A stretch of 64,000 nucleotides of DNA from Verrucomicrobiota bacterium (GCA_027624625.1 JAQBWH010000001.1:73946-137945), one strand, 5' to 3'; counted from the stretch's first letter, positions 12,451 to 22,083 are shown. The notes: generated from the sequence alone by a model not told the origin. Translations and numbers: made by a program.

Positions 12451-12775
12451 TTGCGTCCCCGGGGCGTGAACACGCACGGATTGATTCGACAGACCGTGGA
12501 GCGGGTTCACGACGTGTTGGCCCATTTTCCCGAGGTCGGGGAAGCTACGCTTTCCCGGTTGCGGTCCCAGGGCACGGCGAAAGAAGACTTCGACATCGAT
12601 CTGGCGCTTTGCGGGCGAAGCGCTCGATTGGCGCGTGCTCGGCCGGATTGAGCACGAACTGGATGACCTGCTTCTGCCTTACGCTTCAACTTGCTTCGCC
12701 ACGCCACCCGAACTGATGTCCAACTGGCCGCTCACATTGCCAGGGTAGGAGTGTCTTTTTACCGGAGCGAGGGGC
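12451..12775 (+). pseudogene. Nucleotidyltransferase (MNT/Pol-beta-type) gene disrupted by two frameshifts
   Basis: The family motifs are spread over three frames: GTAKEDFDIDLAL (frame 1), FAGEALDWRVLGRIEHELDDLLLPY (frame 2), LLRHATRTDVQLAAHIARVGVSFY (frame 3). The usual G-S motif is also degenerate (SRLRSQG). Confidence 0.45.
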
Positions 12776-12878
12776 GACGACGGCTGGTTGAGGCGGCGGA
12801 GCGATGCGGGAGGCGTGCGGCGGACGCTATGACGACGCTTTACCCCGCGCACATTTGGACTTACAACCATTGGCTTCA

Positions 12879-12962
<84 letters not shown>

Positions 12963-12972
12963 AATTTTCACG

Positions 12973-13812
12973 GTGAAACTTTTCCAAGCCGCAGCGGAGG
13001 TGTTTGTGCCGGATGGTTGTCCGGCCGCCGCGGCCCTCGCGCGCACCACCCACTTGGGGATCGGGGCGCATCAAGACGATCTTGAATTCATGGCCTTCCA
13101 TGGGGTCGCGGAATGCTTCGGCAAAACCAAGCAATGGTTTTGCGGGGTGACCTGCACGGACGGGGCGGGCAGTTCGCGGAGCGGCGTGTACGCGGGATTA
13201 GGCGATGCGGAAATGGCGGATTTGCGTCGGGCGGAGCAACGGGCGGCGGCGGTGGCGGGTGATTATGGCGCGATGGCCCAACTTGCCTACACGAGCCCGG
13301 GGGCGAGGAACCCGGGGGATAAGCGGCTGCGGGAAGATTTGCGCGGAATACTCGAGGCGACCAAACCCGAGGTGGTCTACACCCACAACCTGGCCGACAA
13401 GCATCCGACGCATGTCGCCGTGGCTCGGGCCGCTATCGAGGCGTTGCGTTCGCTGCCTGCTGAAATCCGTCCGCAACGGGTCATCGGTTGCGAAGGATGG
13501 CGGGATTTGGATTGGCTGCCGGACGACGAGAAGGTGGTCATGGACGTCACGGGCCACGAGGCGCTGGCGGCGAAGTTATCCGCCTGCTTTGTCTCGCAGA
13601 TCGGCGGCGGCAAACGCTACGACCTTGCGGTGGCCGGCCGGCGGGCGGCGCATGCCACGTTTTCTGATCCGCACTGCCCAGACCGCGCGGCCCAGGTGAT
13701 TTTCGGGATGGATCTGACGCCGCTGATCAAGGATGCCGCGCTGGATCCGGGGGCTTATGTCGATGGGATGATTGAGAGGTTCCGACGAGCTGTTCGAACC
13801 AGCCACGGATGA
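12973..13812 (+). CDS. PIG-L/LmbE-family deacetylase
   Basis: Motifs LGIGAHQDDLEF and NLADKHPTHVAV (zinc-binding His/Asp pattern of the LmbE family). No ATG lies between the tRNA and the conserved region, so the in-frame GTG at 12973 is proposed. The start is uncertain. Confidence 0.7.
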   Translation: MKLFQAAAEVFVPDGCPAAAALARTTHLGIGAHQDDLEFMAFHGVAECFGKTKQWFCGVTCTDGAGSSRSGVYAGLGDAEMADLRRAEQRAAAVAGDYGAMAQLAYTSPGARNPGDKRLREDLRGILEATKPEVVYTHNLADKHPTHVAVARAAIEALRSLPAEIRPQRVIGCEGWRDLDWLPDDEKVVMDVTGHEALAAKLSACFVSQIGGGKRYDLAVAGRRAAHATFSDPHCPDRAAQVIFGMDLTPLIKDAALDPGAYVDGMIERFRRAVRTSHG

Positions 13813-13882
13813 AAGAGGATTTCGGAGGATAAGTCGCCGGCCGGGTGACCCCGGCCGGCAACAATTCATCATCGGCCTTGGA

Positions 13883-14272
13883 TCAGGACTCCCCCAGGTT
13901 CCACGCCATTCTTTTGAAGTCTACTTTGCGTCGGCCGAAGTTGATCAGCAGGCCGACCGGCAACCGGGTCGCGGCAAGTTCGTTGAGCAGTTGGGCTTCA
14001 TCTGCTGGGCGGTATTCATCAGCCACTTTGAGTTCAACCAGCACCAGATCGTTCACCAGTAGATCGGCGATGTAGAGACCAACGGGCGTTGATTTGTAAA
14101 GGACCTCCAAGCGCTTTTCCATTTCGGCTCTGAAGCCGCGGTTTTGCAGTTCAGCTGCCATGGCGTTGCGGTAGACGGCTTCCAGAAATCCGTATCCGAG
14201 GACGTGGTGCACCTCGAAGGCCGAGCCAATGATCGCTTCGGTGATCTCGCCGTGAGCCAGTTCTTTTGACAT
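13883..14272 (-). CDS. GxxExxY family protein
   Basis: The translation (HVLGYGFLEAVYRNAMAAEL...DLLVNDLVLVELK...LINFG) matches the GxxExxY family pattern. Start taken at MSKEL. Confidence 0.8.
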   Translation of the reverse strand: MSKELAHGEITEAIIGSAFEVHHVLGYGFLEAVYRNAMAAELQNRGFRAEMEKRLEVLYKSTPVGLYIADLLVNDLVLVELKVADEYRPADEAQLLNELAATRLPVGLLINFGRRKVDFKRMAWNLGES

Positions 14273-14453
14273 GACGCCTCCTCGCACGAGTGACGCTTGG
14301 ATGCAATCCGGCCCGCTGGTGGCAGGTCTTGAGTTTGGCTCGGGTCAACGAGCCAAACTCTTATCCAAGCCGTTTATCCTCTTTAATTTGAGCGCTTCGC
14401 TCAGCTCTTCGAACTGTCTGTCTCCGCTACGCTCCGGCTGTGGCCTAAAAACT

Positions 14454-14792
14454 TCAGGCGACGGCCGCGGTGGCGTCGGCGACCGTCTCGTAGACGCGGA
14501 ACATTTGGTCGAGGCCGGTCAGCTTGAAAAATTCGCTAATTTGCGGGCTGAGGTTGGCCACCGCGAGTTTGCCGCCGCGCATCGACAAAGCTTGCGAGGG
14601 GCGGATGAGGGAACGGATGCCTACACTGGCAATAAAATCGACTCCGCCCATGTCGACAACCAGGGCTTTGCTCGTTTCGTCCCCGGCAACTTCCATCGCC
14701 GCGGCGTGCAGGGCATCGGCGCTGGCCTGATTGAGACGGCCGGTCAGGACAAGGATGGGGATGCCGTTCTCGCTGCGGCGGACGATTTCCAT
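14454..14792 (-). CDS. STAS-domain protein (anti-sigma-factor-antagonist type, RsbV/SpoIIAA-like)
   Basis: 112 aa. Conserved phosphorylatable Ser context VVDMGGVDFIASVGIRSL. Its start overlaps the upstream STAS gene's stop by 1 nt. Confidence 0.85.
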   Translation of the reverse strand: MEIVRRSENGIPILVLTGRLNQASADALHAAAMEVAGDETSKALVVDMGGVDFIASVGIRSLIRPSQALSMRGGKLAVANLSPQISEFFKLTGLDQMFRVYETVADATAAVA

Positions 14793-15136
14793 CAGGAGGC
14801 TTTGGCGGCGGCCACGGCCGCCTCGCGGGTATCGTGGACCGCATAAGCGGTCATGAACTGCGCGATCTCAAAAAGTTCCTTCACTTGCGGTTGGAAACTG
14901 CACACCGAGAGACTGCCGCCGTCGCGCCCCATGCGGCGCCCGGCGAGGAAAAACTCACGGAAGCCGGCACTGCTCACGTATTCGAGGTCGGCCAGGTCGA
15001 TGACCAGGTGCTTGGCTTGCGTCCGGTCGAGCTCGGCGTGCAGGGCGGTTTTGAAGTCGTTGTAGGTGATGGTGTCGATGCGGCCGGAGGGACAGGCGAC
15101 AAGGACATGGCCGTCGGTGAGGAAGGAACATTGCAT
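14792..15136 (-). CDS. STAS-domain protein (second RsbV/SpoIIAA-like paralogue)
   Basis: Start at MQCSFLTDG. Ser context VIDLADLEYVSSAGFREF. Divergent from the histidine kinase gene, 89 bp away. Confidence 0.8.
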   Translation of the reverse strand: MQCSFLTDGHVLVACPSGRIDTITYNDFKTALHAELDRTQAKHLVIDLADLEYVSSAGFREFFLAGRRMGRDGGSLSVCSFQPQVKELFEIAQFMTAYAVHDTREAAVAAAKAS

Positions 15137-15225
15137 GAACTGAAAGATGCCCCTCCGCACCGAAGCCCGGCAAGAAATTTCCGCTTGGGCCGTTGCGGCG
15201 TTGCCGATCGGGCGGCGGGCGGGTT

Positions 15226-18021
15226 ATGGATGGGATGGCATTTATGCGGCGTCTCTTCGGACTGAACACTTTGGCGGGCAAACTCACCCTGTGGACTGCC
15301 TTGGCCGCGGGCGCCATTATGTCCGTGCTCATCCTTTTCGCCTACCGGGCCGCGCGGGCTGAGCTGATCGAAAGCACCAAGCAAAGCGCCTTGGCCGAGG
15401 TCGGGGTCCATGCGGTCGAAATCGACGCGATGGTCGGGCGGGTCGAGTCACTCGTCACCACCATGGCGGCCGTGCAGGGGTTGCGTGGCCCGGACCCGGA
15501 CCCGGATGTCATGCTCGAGCTGCGCCGGATCATGGACAGCTTTCCGGCCAACGAAGTTTTCGGGGCCTATTACACTTTCGAGAATGCGGATTTCCGCGAC
15601 CCGATGTCCATGCCGTGGATCGACCGGAACTCCTATCCTAAAGCGACGATCAACAAGAACGATTTCCACATCGACCAGCCGTCGACCATTTGGTATTGGG
15701 GCGCGAAAAAATCCGGCCAGCTGACCATCAGTGAGCCGTATTTCGACGGCGGCGGTTCGGACGTGACCATGCTCAGCGTCAATGCCCCGGTCTTTGGTCC
15801 GGAGGGGGAATTCTACGGCATTTCGGGTGTCGATATTTCGCTGGACGACATGCAGGAGTTGATTAAAGAGGTCGACATTGCCATGGCTGGAGAAATGGCC
15901 GGGCACGAGTCGGACTTTGCCTACCTGGTCAGCCCGGCGGGAAAGATCATCGCGCACCCCGATGGCGGCCTCATGATCGGCGAGGGAAATCCGGGAGCGA
16001 ATATTTCGCAACTTCCGGCCGGGGTATCAATTCAGGCGACGCCATCCGGCCAAACGACCTACCGCAAACCGGACGGAGCCGAGCGCATTGTTTATTGGGT
16101 CACCGCACCGCTCTCCGGCTGGAAGGTGGTGCTCGATGTGCCCTATGCCACCCTTCTTATTCCGGTGCGTGCCTTGGCTTGGCGGCTCGGCACGGTGGGC
16201 GGGATCGGCCTACTCGTTCTCCTTGGGGCGGTCGGTCTCATTGCCCACCGCGTGGCGGGTCCGCTGCGGCATCTCACCGTCGCGGCGGCGGAACTGGAGG
16301 CCGGGCAAATGACCGGCGGGAAGCTTACGCCCCTGTTGCAGCGCGGCGATGAGGTGGGTGATCTCGGGCGGGCCTTCACCCGCATGGCCGACGAGATCCG
16401 CCAGCGCGAGGCCAGCCTCGCTGCTTGGAACGCCAATTTGGAAAAAACGGTGGCCGAACGCACCTCCGACCTCAAGGACGCGGTCGAGGATGCGGAAGAA
16501 GCGCGCGCCCTGGCGCAGGAGGCGAGCAAGACGAAGAGCGCTTTCCTAGCCAACATGAGCCATGAGCTGCGCACCCCGATGAATGCGATCATCGGCTACG
16601 GCGAGATGTTGCTCGAGGAGGCGGAAGAAACCGGGGAGAAGTGGATGGAGTCCGACCTGCAAAAGATTCTCTCTTCGGCCAAGCACCTCCTGCAACTGAT
16701 CAACGACATCCTCGATCTTTCCAAGATCGAAGCGGGTCGCATGACGGTCTTCCTCGAACCGGTCGACATCGCGCAGGCCGCACGCGACGTGTCCTCCACG
16801 GTGGAACCGCTGGTGGCCAAGAATGGGAATGTCTTTGAACTCAAGTGCCCGGAGGACATCGGCACGATGCGCACCGACCTGACCAAGCTGCGCCAGACCC
16901 TCTTCAACCTCTTGAGCAACGCGTCCAAGTTCACCGAGAAGGGCCGGATCAGGCTGGAGATCACGCGCCGGGCCGACCAGATGGTTTCCTTCGCGGTGAG
17001 CGACACCGGCATCGGAATGACGCCGGAGCAAACGGGCAAACTTTTCGGAGAGTTCGTGCAGGCCGACGCCTCGACCACGCGCAAATACGGCGGCACCGGC
17101 CTCGGGTTGGCCATTAGCCGCAAGTTCTGCCGGTTGCTCGGCGGCGATATCACGGTCCAAAGCGTGCCCGGACAAGGCAGTGCCTTCACTGCGATCTTGC
17201 CGGCCGAAGGCAAGGAGCCGGCCCCGGAACCGGCGGCCGAAGAAGCGGCTGCACCGAAAGCTGCGCCCGAAACCCGGTCCCCGGCAACCCGCGGCACTTT
17301 GCTCGTGATCGACGATGATCCGGATTCACGGGATTTGCTCAAGCGTATGCTCGAGAAGGACGGGTATGCCGTGCTCACCGCGTCCGGTGGGGCGGAAGGC
17401 CTCGCGCTGGCCAAGGAGCACCAACCCGAACTGATCACCCTCGATGTCATGATGCCGAGCATGGATGGCTGGGCGGTGCTCTCCGCCCTCAAGGCCGACC
17501 CCGCAACGGCTGAAATCCCGGTGGTCATGATGACCATGGTCGACGACAAGCCGATGGGTTTCGCGCTGGGTGCCTCCGATTACCTGACCAAGCCGATCGA
17601 CAAGTCCCGGGTGTTACAGGTCGTGTCGCGGCGGGTCGCTCATCATGGGGATGATGTTCTCGTCGTCGAGGATGACCCCATGGCGGCTGATATCGTGCGG
17701 CGCACGCTCGAGGCGGACGGTCGCCCGTCGCGCCATGCCCGCAACGGCCTCGAGGCCCTGCGACTGGTTCATGAGTCGCGTCCCGCGCTCATCGTCCTTG
17801 ATTTGATGATGCCGGAGATGGATGGCTTCGCCTTCCTTGACGCCCTGCGTGCGGAGGGGCCGGATTTTGCCGCTATTCCCGTCGTGGTGCTGACGGCCAA
17901 AGATCTCACGGCGGATGAGCGCGGATTTTTGTCCGGCCGCGTGCAAGAGACCTTGCGCAAGGGGGCGGAGCAGCGCGAGAATCTGCTCGAAACAATCCGT
18001 CGCAATCTGAATCCTCTTTGA
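15226..18021 (+). CDS. Hybrid sensor histidine kinase: dCache - TM - HAMP - HisKA - HATPase_c - REC - REC
   Basis: Periplasmic Cache-like region between two TM segments. HAMP ([16 protein letters not shown]). H-box [16 protein letters not shown]-boxes ([15 protein letters not shown]). Two receiver domains (LLVIDDDP...[10 protein letters not shown] and VLVVEDDP...[10 protein letters not shown]). Confidence 0.9.
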   Translation: MDGMAFMRRLFGLNTLAGKLTLWTALAAGAIMSVLILFAYRAARAELIESTKQSALAEVGVHAVEIDAMVGRVESLVTTMAAVQGLRGPDPDPDVMLELRRIMDSFPANEVFGAYYTFENADFRDPMSMPWIDRNSYPKATINKNDFHIDQPSTIWYWGAKKSGQLTISEPYFDGGGSDVTMLSVNAPVFGPEGEFYGISGVDISLDDMQELIKEVDIAMAGEMAGHESDFAYLVSPAGKIIAHPDGGLMIGEGNPGANISQLPAGVSIQATPSGQTTYRKPDGAERIVYWVTAPLSGWKVVLDVPYATLLIPVRALAWRLGTVGGIGLLVLLGAVGLIAHRVAGPLRHLTVAAAELEAGQMTGGKLTPLLQRGDEVGDLGRAFTRMADEIRQREASLAAWNANLEKTVAERTSDLKDAVEDAEEARALAQEASKTKSAFLANMSHELRTPMNAIIGYGEMLLEEAEETGEKWMESDLQKILSSAKHLLQLINDILDLSKIEAGRMTVFLEPVDIAQAARDVSSTVEPLVAKNGNVFELKCPEDIGTMRTDLTKLRQTLFNLLSNASKFTEKGRIRLEITRRADQMVSFAVSDTGIGMTPEQTGKLFGEFVQADASTTRKYGGTGLGLAISRKFCRLLGGDITVQSVPGQGSAFTAILPAEGKEPAPEPAAEEAAAPKAAPETRSPATRGTLLVIDDDPDSRDLLKRMLEKDGYAVLTASGGAEGLALAKEHQPELITLDVMMPSMDGWAVLSALKADPATAEIPVVMMTMVDDKPMGFALGASDYLTKPIDKSRVLQVVSRRVAHHGDDVLVVEDDPMAADIVRRTLEADGRPSRHARNGLEALRLVHESRPALIVLDLMMPEMDGFAFLDALRAEGPDFAAIPVVVLTAKDLTADERGFLSGRVQETLRKGAEQRENLLETIRRNLNPL

Positions 18022-18025
18022 ATCC

Positions 18026-18394
18026 ATGGCCAAAATTCTCATCGTCGAAGACAACGAAATGAACCGCGATATGCTCTCGCGCCGTTTGGAGCGGCGAGGC
18101 TTCGCCATCGTCATGGCCATGGACGGCCAGCAGGGCGTCGAGATGACACGGAGCGAAAGGCCCGACCTTATCCTCATGGACATGAGTCTGCCGGTCATGG
18201 ACGGCTGGGCGGCCACGCAGGCGATCAAGGCGGACCCCGAGTTGTCGAAGATCCCGGTCATAGCCCTGACCGCGCACGCCATGGCGGGCGACCGGGAAAA
18301 GGCGATGGCCGCGGGTTGCGACGACTACGATACCAAGCCGATCGAATTACCGCGCTTGCTCGAAAAAATCGCAAAGTTTCTGCCCGATGTCTGA
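18026..18394 (+). CDS. Single-domain response regulator (CheY-like receiver)
   Basis: 122 aa. ILIVEDNEMN...LILMDMSLPVMDG...TKP receiver signature. Starts 4 nt after the kinase stop. Confidence 0.9.
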   Translation: MAKILIVEDNEMNRDMLSRRLERRGFAIVMAMDGQQGVEMTRSERPDLILMDMSLPVMDGWAATQAIKADPELSKIPVIALTAHAMAGDREKAMAAGCDDYDTKPIELPRLLEKIAKFLPDV

Positions 18395-19859
18395 TCCTGC
18401 GGCATGCGGAGAGGAAGCGGTGGCCGCGTTGCGCCACGATCTACGCACGCCGCTCAACCAGATCATCGGATATTCCGAACTGGTCGCGGAGGATCTCGAG
18501 GGTGATGGGCATGCACGGACGCGGCAAGATCTGGAAAAGATCGGGCGGGCGGCCCGCGGGTTGGCTGACTTGATCACGCGGGAGATCCAGCCGGGGCGGA
18601 TAGCCTTGGTGGGGGAGCGGGCCGAAACGGCCAATGGAGAGTTCGCCGCCGGAGTGAACGATCACGGCGTTATTCCCGCCGCCGAACCGGTGGAAGCCGT
18701 CCCGCTGGCCGCCGAGACGGCGAAGATTCTCATTGTCGACGATCAGGAAGAGAATTGCACGGTGCTGCAGCGCCGCTTGGAAAAGGAAGGCCACACCTGT
18801 GCGGCGGTTTATGACGGAGCCACGGCCTTGGAGCGGCTGGCCGTGGAGGATTTCGATCTTGTCCTGCTCGACATCATGATGCCGGGGATCGACGGCCGCG
18901 AGGTCCTGCGCCGGATCAAGACAGACGAAAAACTGCGGCACGTTCCGGTCATCATGATTTCCGCTCTCGATCAGATCGAAAGTGTGGTCGCGTGCATCGA
19001 GCAGGGGGCGGAAGATTATCTGCCCAAACCGTTCAATCCCGTGCTCCTGCGGGCGCGGATCGGATCCTCGCTCGACCGCAAACGCCTGCGCGATGCCGAA
19101 CAGGCCGCCTTCGCCGCGCTGCAAGAAAGCCAGGCCAAGCTGGCCACGGAACTTTCCGAGGCGGCGGCTTACGTGCAAAGCGTGCTGCCTGCGCCGATCA
19201 AGGACGGCCCGGTCAGCGCCTCATGGCAATTCCTGCCGTCCTCCTCGCTCGGAGGCGATGCCTTCGGCTACGGGCCCGAAAAGGACGGCAAGTTCGGCAT
19301 CTGTCTGCTCGACGTCTGCGGACACGGGGTCGGCGCCGCCTTGCTCTCGATCAGTGTGCTTAACGTCATCCGGGCCGAATCCCTGCCCGGAGTGAATTTT
19401 TCCGATCCCGGCGAGGTGCTCACCGGGCTGAACAACGCGTTCCCCATGGAGAAACACGGCGAGATGTTTTTCACCGCGTGGTGCGGCATTTACGATCCAT
19501 CCACCCGCAGCATGCGCTTCGCGGGCGGGGGCCATCCGCCGTCCATTCTCGTGCGGGCTGACGGCACCACGGAAATCCTTGCGGCCAAGGGACCGGTCAT
19601 CGGCGCCATGCCGGGAATGAAGTTCGCCTCCGCCGAAGCGGTCATTCCGCCGGCCGCGCGGCTTTTCGTGTTTAGCGACGGGGCTTACGAGATCGTGCGG
19701 CACGACGGCTCGATGATGTCGCACGACGATCTGCGTGAACTGCTGGCCCGCGCGCCTCAGGAGAACGCGGCGGCCTGGACCATGGAGCAACTGCGCGCGC
19801 TCAACAGCCAACCGGTGTTTGACGACGACGTCTCGCTGGTGGAACTCTGTTTCCCGTGA
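18387..19859 (+). CDS. H-box/DHp segment - receiver - PP2C (SpoIIE/RsbU-type) serine phosphatase
   Basis: N-terminus LRHDLRTPLNQIIGYSELV is a HisKA-like H-box with no ATPase domain. REC follows (ILIVDDQEEN...LLDIMMPGIDG). C-terminal PP2C/SpoIIE motifs (GGDAFGY, LLDVCGHGVGAALLS, FVFSDG). 8-nt overlap with the upstream gene. Confidence 0.85.
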   Translation: MSDPAACGEEAVAALRHDLRTPLNQIIGYSELVAEDLEGDGHARTRQDLEKIGRAARGLADLITREIQPGRIALVGERAETANGEFAAGVNDHGVIPAAEPVEAVPLAAETAKILIVDDQEENCTVLQRRLEKEGHTCAAVYDGATALERLAVEDFDLVLLDIMMPGIDGREVLRRIKTDEKLRHVPVIMISALDQIESVVACIEQGAEDYLPKPFNPVLLRARIGSSLDRKRLRDAEQAAFAALQESQAKLATELSEAAAYVQSVLPAPIKDGPVSASWQFLPSSSLGGDAFGYGPEKDGKFGICLLDVCGHGVGAALLSISVLNVIRAESLPGVNFSDPGEVLTGLNNAFPMEKHGEMFFTAWCGIYDPSTRSMRFAGGGHPPSILVRADGTTEILAAKGPVIGAMPGMKFASAEAVIPPAARLFVFSDGAYEIVRHDGSMMSHDDLRELLARAPQENAAAWTMEQLRALNSQPVFDDDVSLVELCFP

Positions 19860-20269
19860 CCGCGACCGCCGATTTTGTCTCCGACCGCTCCGAGTTGACC
19901 AAGCTCGAGGGGTTTACCGAGGATTTCGCGCAGGGGGCCGGGCTGTCCGACAAAGATCTTTTCGCTTTGCAGATTATTGTGGAGGAGTTGGTCACCAACG
20001 TCATCGATTACGGAGGCGTTCCCGCCGGCGAGCACGCCGTGCGCGTGGATCTGTCCACGGAGGACGGCGAACTCCTCATCCGGATGACCGACCGTGGCGC
20101 GGAATACAATCCGCTCTTGCGTGAGGATCCTGACGTCACCCTGTCTGCCGAGGAACGTCCGATCGGCGGGCTTGGCGTGCACTTCTGCAAGAAGCTGACC
20201 GACGCGCAGAGTTACGCGCGGGTGGACGGGCAAAACGTGCTCACCCTGACCAAAAAACTCGCCGCATGA
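19856..20269 (+). CDS. RsbW/SpoIIAB-type serine protein kinase (anti-sigma regulatory factor, HATPase_c_2)
   Basis: 137 aa. N-box EELVTNVIDYG, DRGAEYNP, GGLGVHFCKKL. 4-nt overlaps with the genes on both sides. Confidence 0.8.
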   Translation: MTATADFVSDRSELTKLEGFTEDFAQGAGLSDKDLFALQIIVEELVTNVIDYGGVPAGEHAVRVDLSTEDGELLIRMTDRGAEYNPLLREDPDVTLSAEERPIGGLGVHFCKKLTDAQSYARVDGQNVLTLTKKLAA

Positions 20270-21558
20270 AAATGTCCCGCCGCGAGGAAAACGGTGTCCG
20301 CGTGGCATCTTTGGCCGGCCGGTTGGACGGCTTCGGGGCCAAGGAGGCGGAGCAGACGTTGGCAGGGGAGAATGTCACGACGCCGCTGGTGCTTGATTGC
20401 GCCGGGTTGTCGTATCTGAGCAGTGCCGGAGTGCGGTTCCTGCTTGGTTTGCAAAAGGCCGCGGCGGCGGCCGGGTTCCCCTTCGCCTTGGCCGGCCTGC
20501 AACCGTTCTGTGCCTCGGTCATGGAAATGTCCGGCCTCTCCGGAATGATTCCGGTTTATGCTTCGGTCGACGATGCCACGCGCGCCATGCAAGCAGGCGG
20601 TGCGGCGATCGGGGCCGGTGAATGCCACGAAACGGCGGCAGGGACGTTCGCCTTTCACACCGTGGGGAGCACCGCGGGAACGATCGATATCCTCGGCGAC
20701 ATCGCCAACGTGATCGAGTGCGCCATCACGTCGGAGTTGGTGGCGGGCAAACCCTTTTTCGAGACGGAATACTCGCTCGGGCTCGGCGCGCTGGGCGGTG
20801 CACCGGAAGATTATTTGCCGGTCATGGGCGAAGCCATGATGGCCGCCGGGACCATGGTCTGGCTGCCGACCGACGGCAACGACACGCCGGATTACATGAT
20901 CCCGCGCAAGGCTTCGACTGCCGTGGTCTTGCACACCGGTTTCAACGCCAGCATCCGCGGGGGGTTCAACGAGTTCGCCGAGTTCACCGCCGCACCCGGA
21001 CGTCCGGCCAGCGTGCGTGAAATCTATCGAGCCCTCTTCGATCTGGCCAAGGAGCGTCGTCCGGACTACCGCGGCGTTCTCGGCCTCGCCATGCGCGCTG
21101 AAATCCACGAGGCCTTCGGGGCCGGCCTGACCAAATCACCCCTGCTCTCCAACCGCCCGGCCAACGGCAAGATGATCACCGATCCGTCGAACTACGACGC
21201 GTGGTTCGAGTCGGACAAGACGCCGCGCCACCAAGGAACGACCGCGCTGATTTGCGGGGCGGGGGAGGATCTTACGGCCGATTTGTCCCGAATCGACCAG
21301 GAACTCCTGCGGCGGATGTTCTACATCAATCTCGCGAACAAAGCCTCGCAAGACGAGGTGCTGCACAACCACGCCGTCTTTTTCCGCCACGCCCCGCCCC
21401 CCGCCGGGACGCAGGACATGGATGTCGAGATGCGTCGGGTGGTTGAGGAAGGTGAGTTTGTCGATATGAGGCACCTGCTCGATCAGACTACGGTGACCTC
21501 GGCGCTGATTGCCGTGAATTATGTCCAAGAGGTGCGTGAAGACGCGATAAAAGGTTGA
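20266..21558 (+). CDS. STAS domain fused to a ~320-aa C-terminal domain of unknown function
   Basis: The first ~105 aa are a STAS domain (VLDCAGLSYLSSAGVRFL). For residues ~110-430 I recognise no family motif. 4-nt overlap with the kinase gene. Confidence 0.8.
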   Translation: MKMSRREENGVRVASLAGRLDGFGAKEAEQTLAGENVTTPLVLDCAGLSYLSSAGVRFLLGLQKAAAAAGFPFALAGLQPFCASVMEMSGLSGMIPVYASVDDATRAMQAGGAAIGAGECHETAAGTFAFHTVGSTAGTIDILGDIANVIECAITSELVAGKPFFETEYSLGLGALGGAPEDYLPVMGEAMMAAGTMVWLPTDGNDTPDYMIPRKASTAVVLHTGFNASIRGGFNEFAEFTAAPGRPASVREIYRALFDLAKERRPDYRGVLGLAMRAEIHEAFGAGLTKSPLLSNRPANGKMITDPSNYDAWFESDKTPRHQGTTALICGAGEDLTADLSRIDQELLRRMFYINLANKASQDEVLHNHAVFFRHAPPPAGTQDMDVEMRRVVEEGEFVDMRHLLDQTTVTSALIAVNYVQEVREDAIKG

Positions 21559-21774
21559 AACAAGCACGACGGAAGCGCGCTTCGTTTGGCGGAAACCAGC
21601 CGGGACCAGACCAAGTTCCATCCCGAAGAACATGACGAAGAGAGCCAGAGGCAAAGCACCTGTTTTGAGCAACTCGGATGGCATCCCGTCAAATTAGCCG
21701 AGCGACCAGGGAAGGCCGAGGCCGGAGCGTGCCCGTTGGCTTCGGCGCGCTCAGGCCGAGCGGACGCGCCGTGG

Positions 21775-22029
21775 TTAACAGTCCGCGCTTTCCAGCGCGG
21801 AATCAACGTGATCAGCGGCAACCTCCAGTTGCTCTTTCAGGTCGTGCAGGGCAGCCCAGGACTGTGCGATGTCCGGTCCCCATTCCCCCTCGAGCCCTTC
21901 GAGTTTGGCGTTGGGCGAGGGATGGCAGGCGAGGTTTTCCTCGATCAAGCACGCGATGGTCCGCAGGGCGGGTCCATGGTAGGGGAGGTGCAGTTCGAGA
22001 CGGTGCGAGACTTTCGTCGTCTGTGGCAT
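21775..22029 (-). CDS. Hypothetical small protein (84 aa)
   Basis: Internal ATG (MPQTTKVSHRLELHL...). Non-repetitive, acidic and helical-looking composition, in an otherwise empty gap. No family recognised. Confidence 0.3.
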   Translation of the reverse strand: MPQTTKVSHRLELHLPYHGPALRTIACLIEENLACHPSPNAKLEGLEGEWGPDIAQSWAALHDLKEQLEVAADHVDSALESADC

Positions 22030-22083
22030 AGGGGACAATCTTCCACCGAATCGGCAGCCGCGCAAGCCGCAGGACAAACTTTT

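Noticed and set aside
21136-21684. Minus-strand ORF whose N-terminus (MPSELLKTGALPLALFVMFFGMELGLVPAGF) looks like a TM helix
   Set aside because: After ~40 codons it runs ~420 nt antisense through the 3' end of the STAS-fusion gene with no independent stop. It is probably a chance hydrophobic stretch in the 215-bp convergent gap. It could only be rescued by Ribo-seq evidence.
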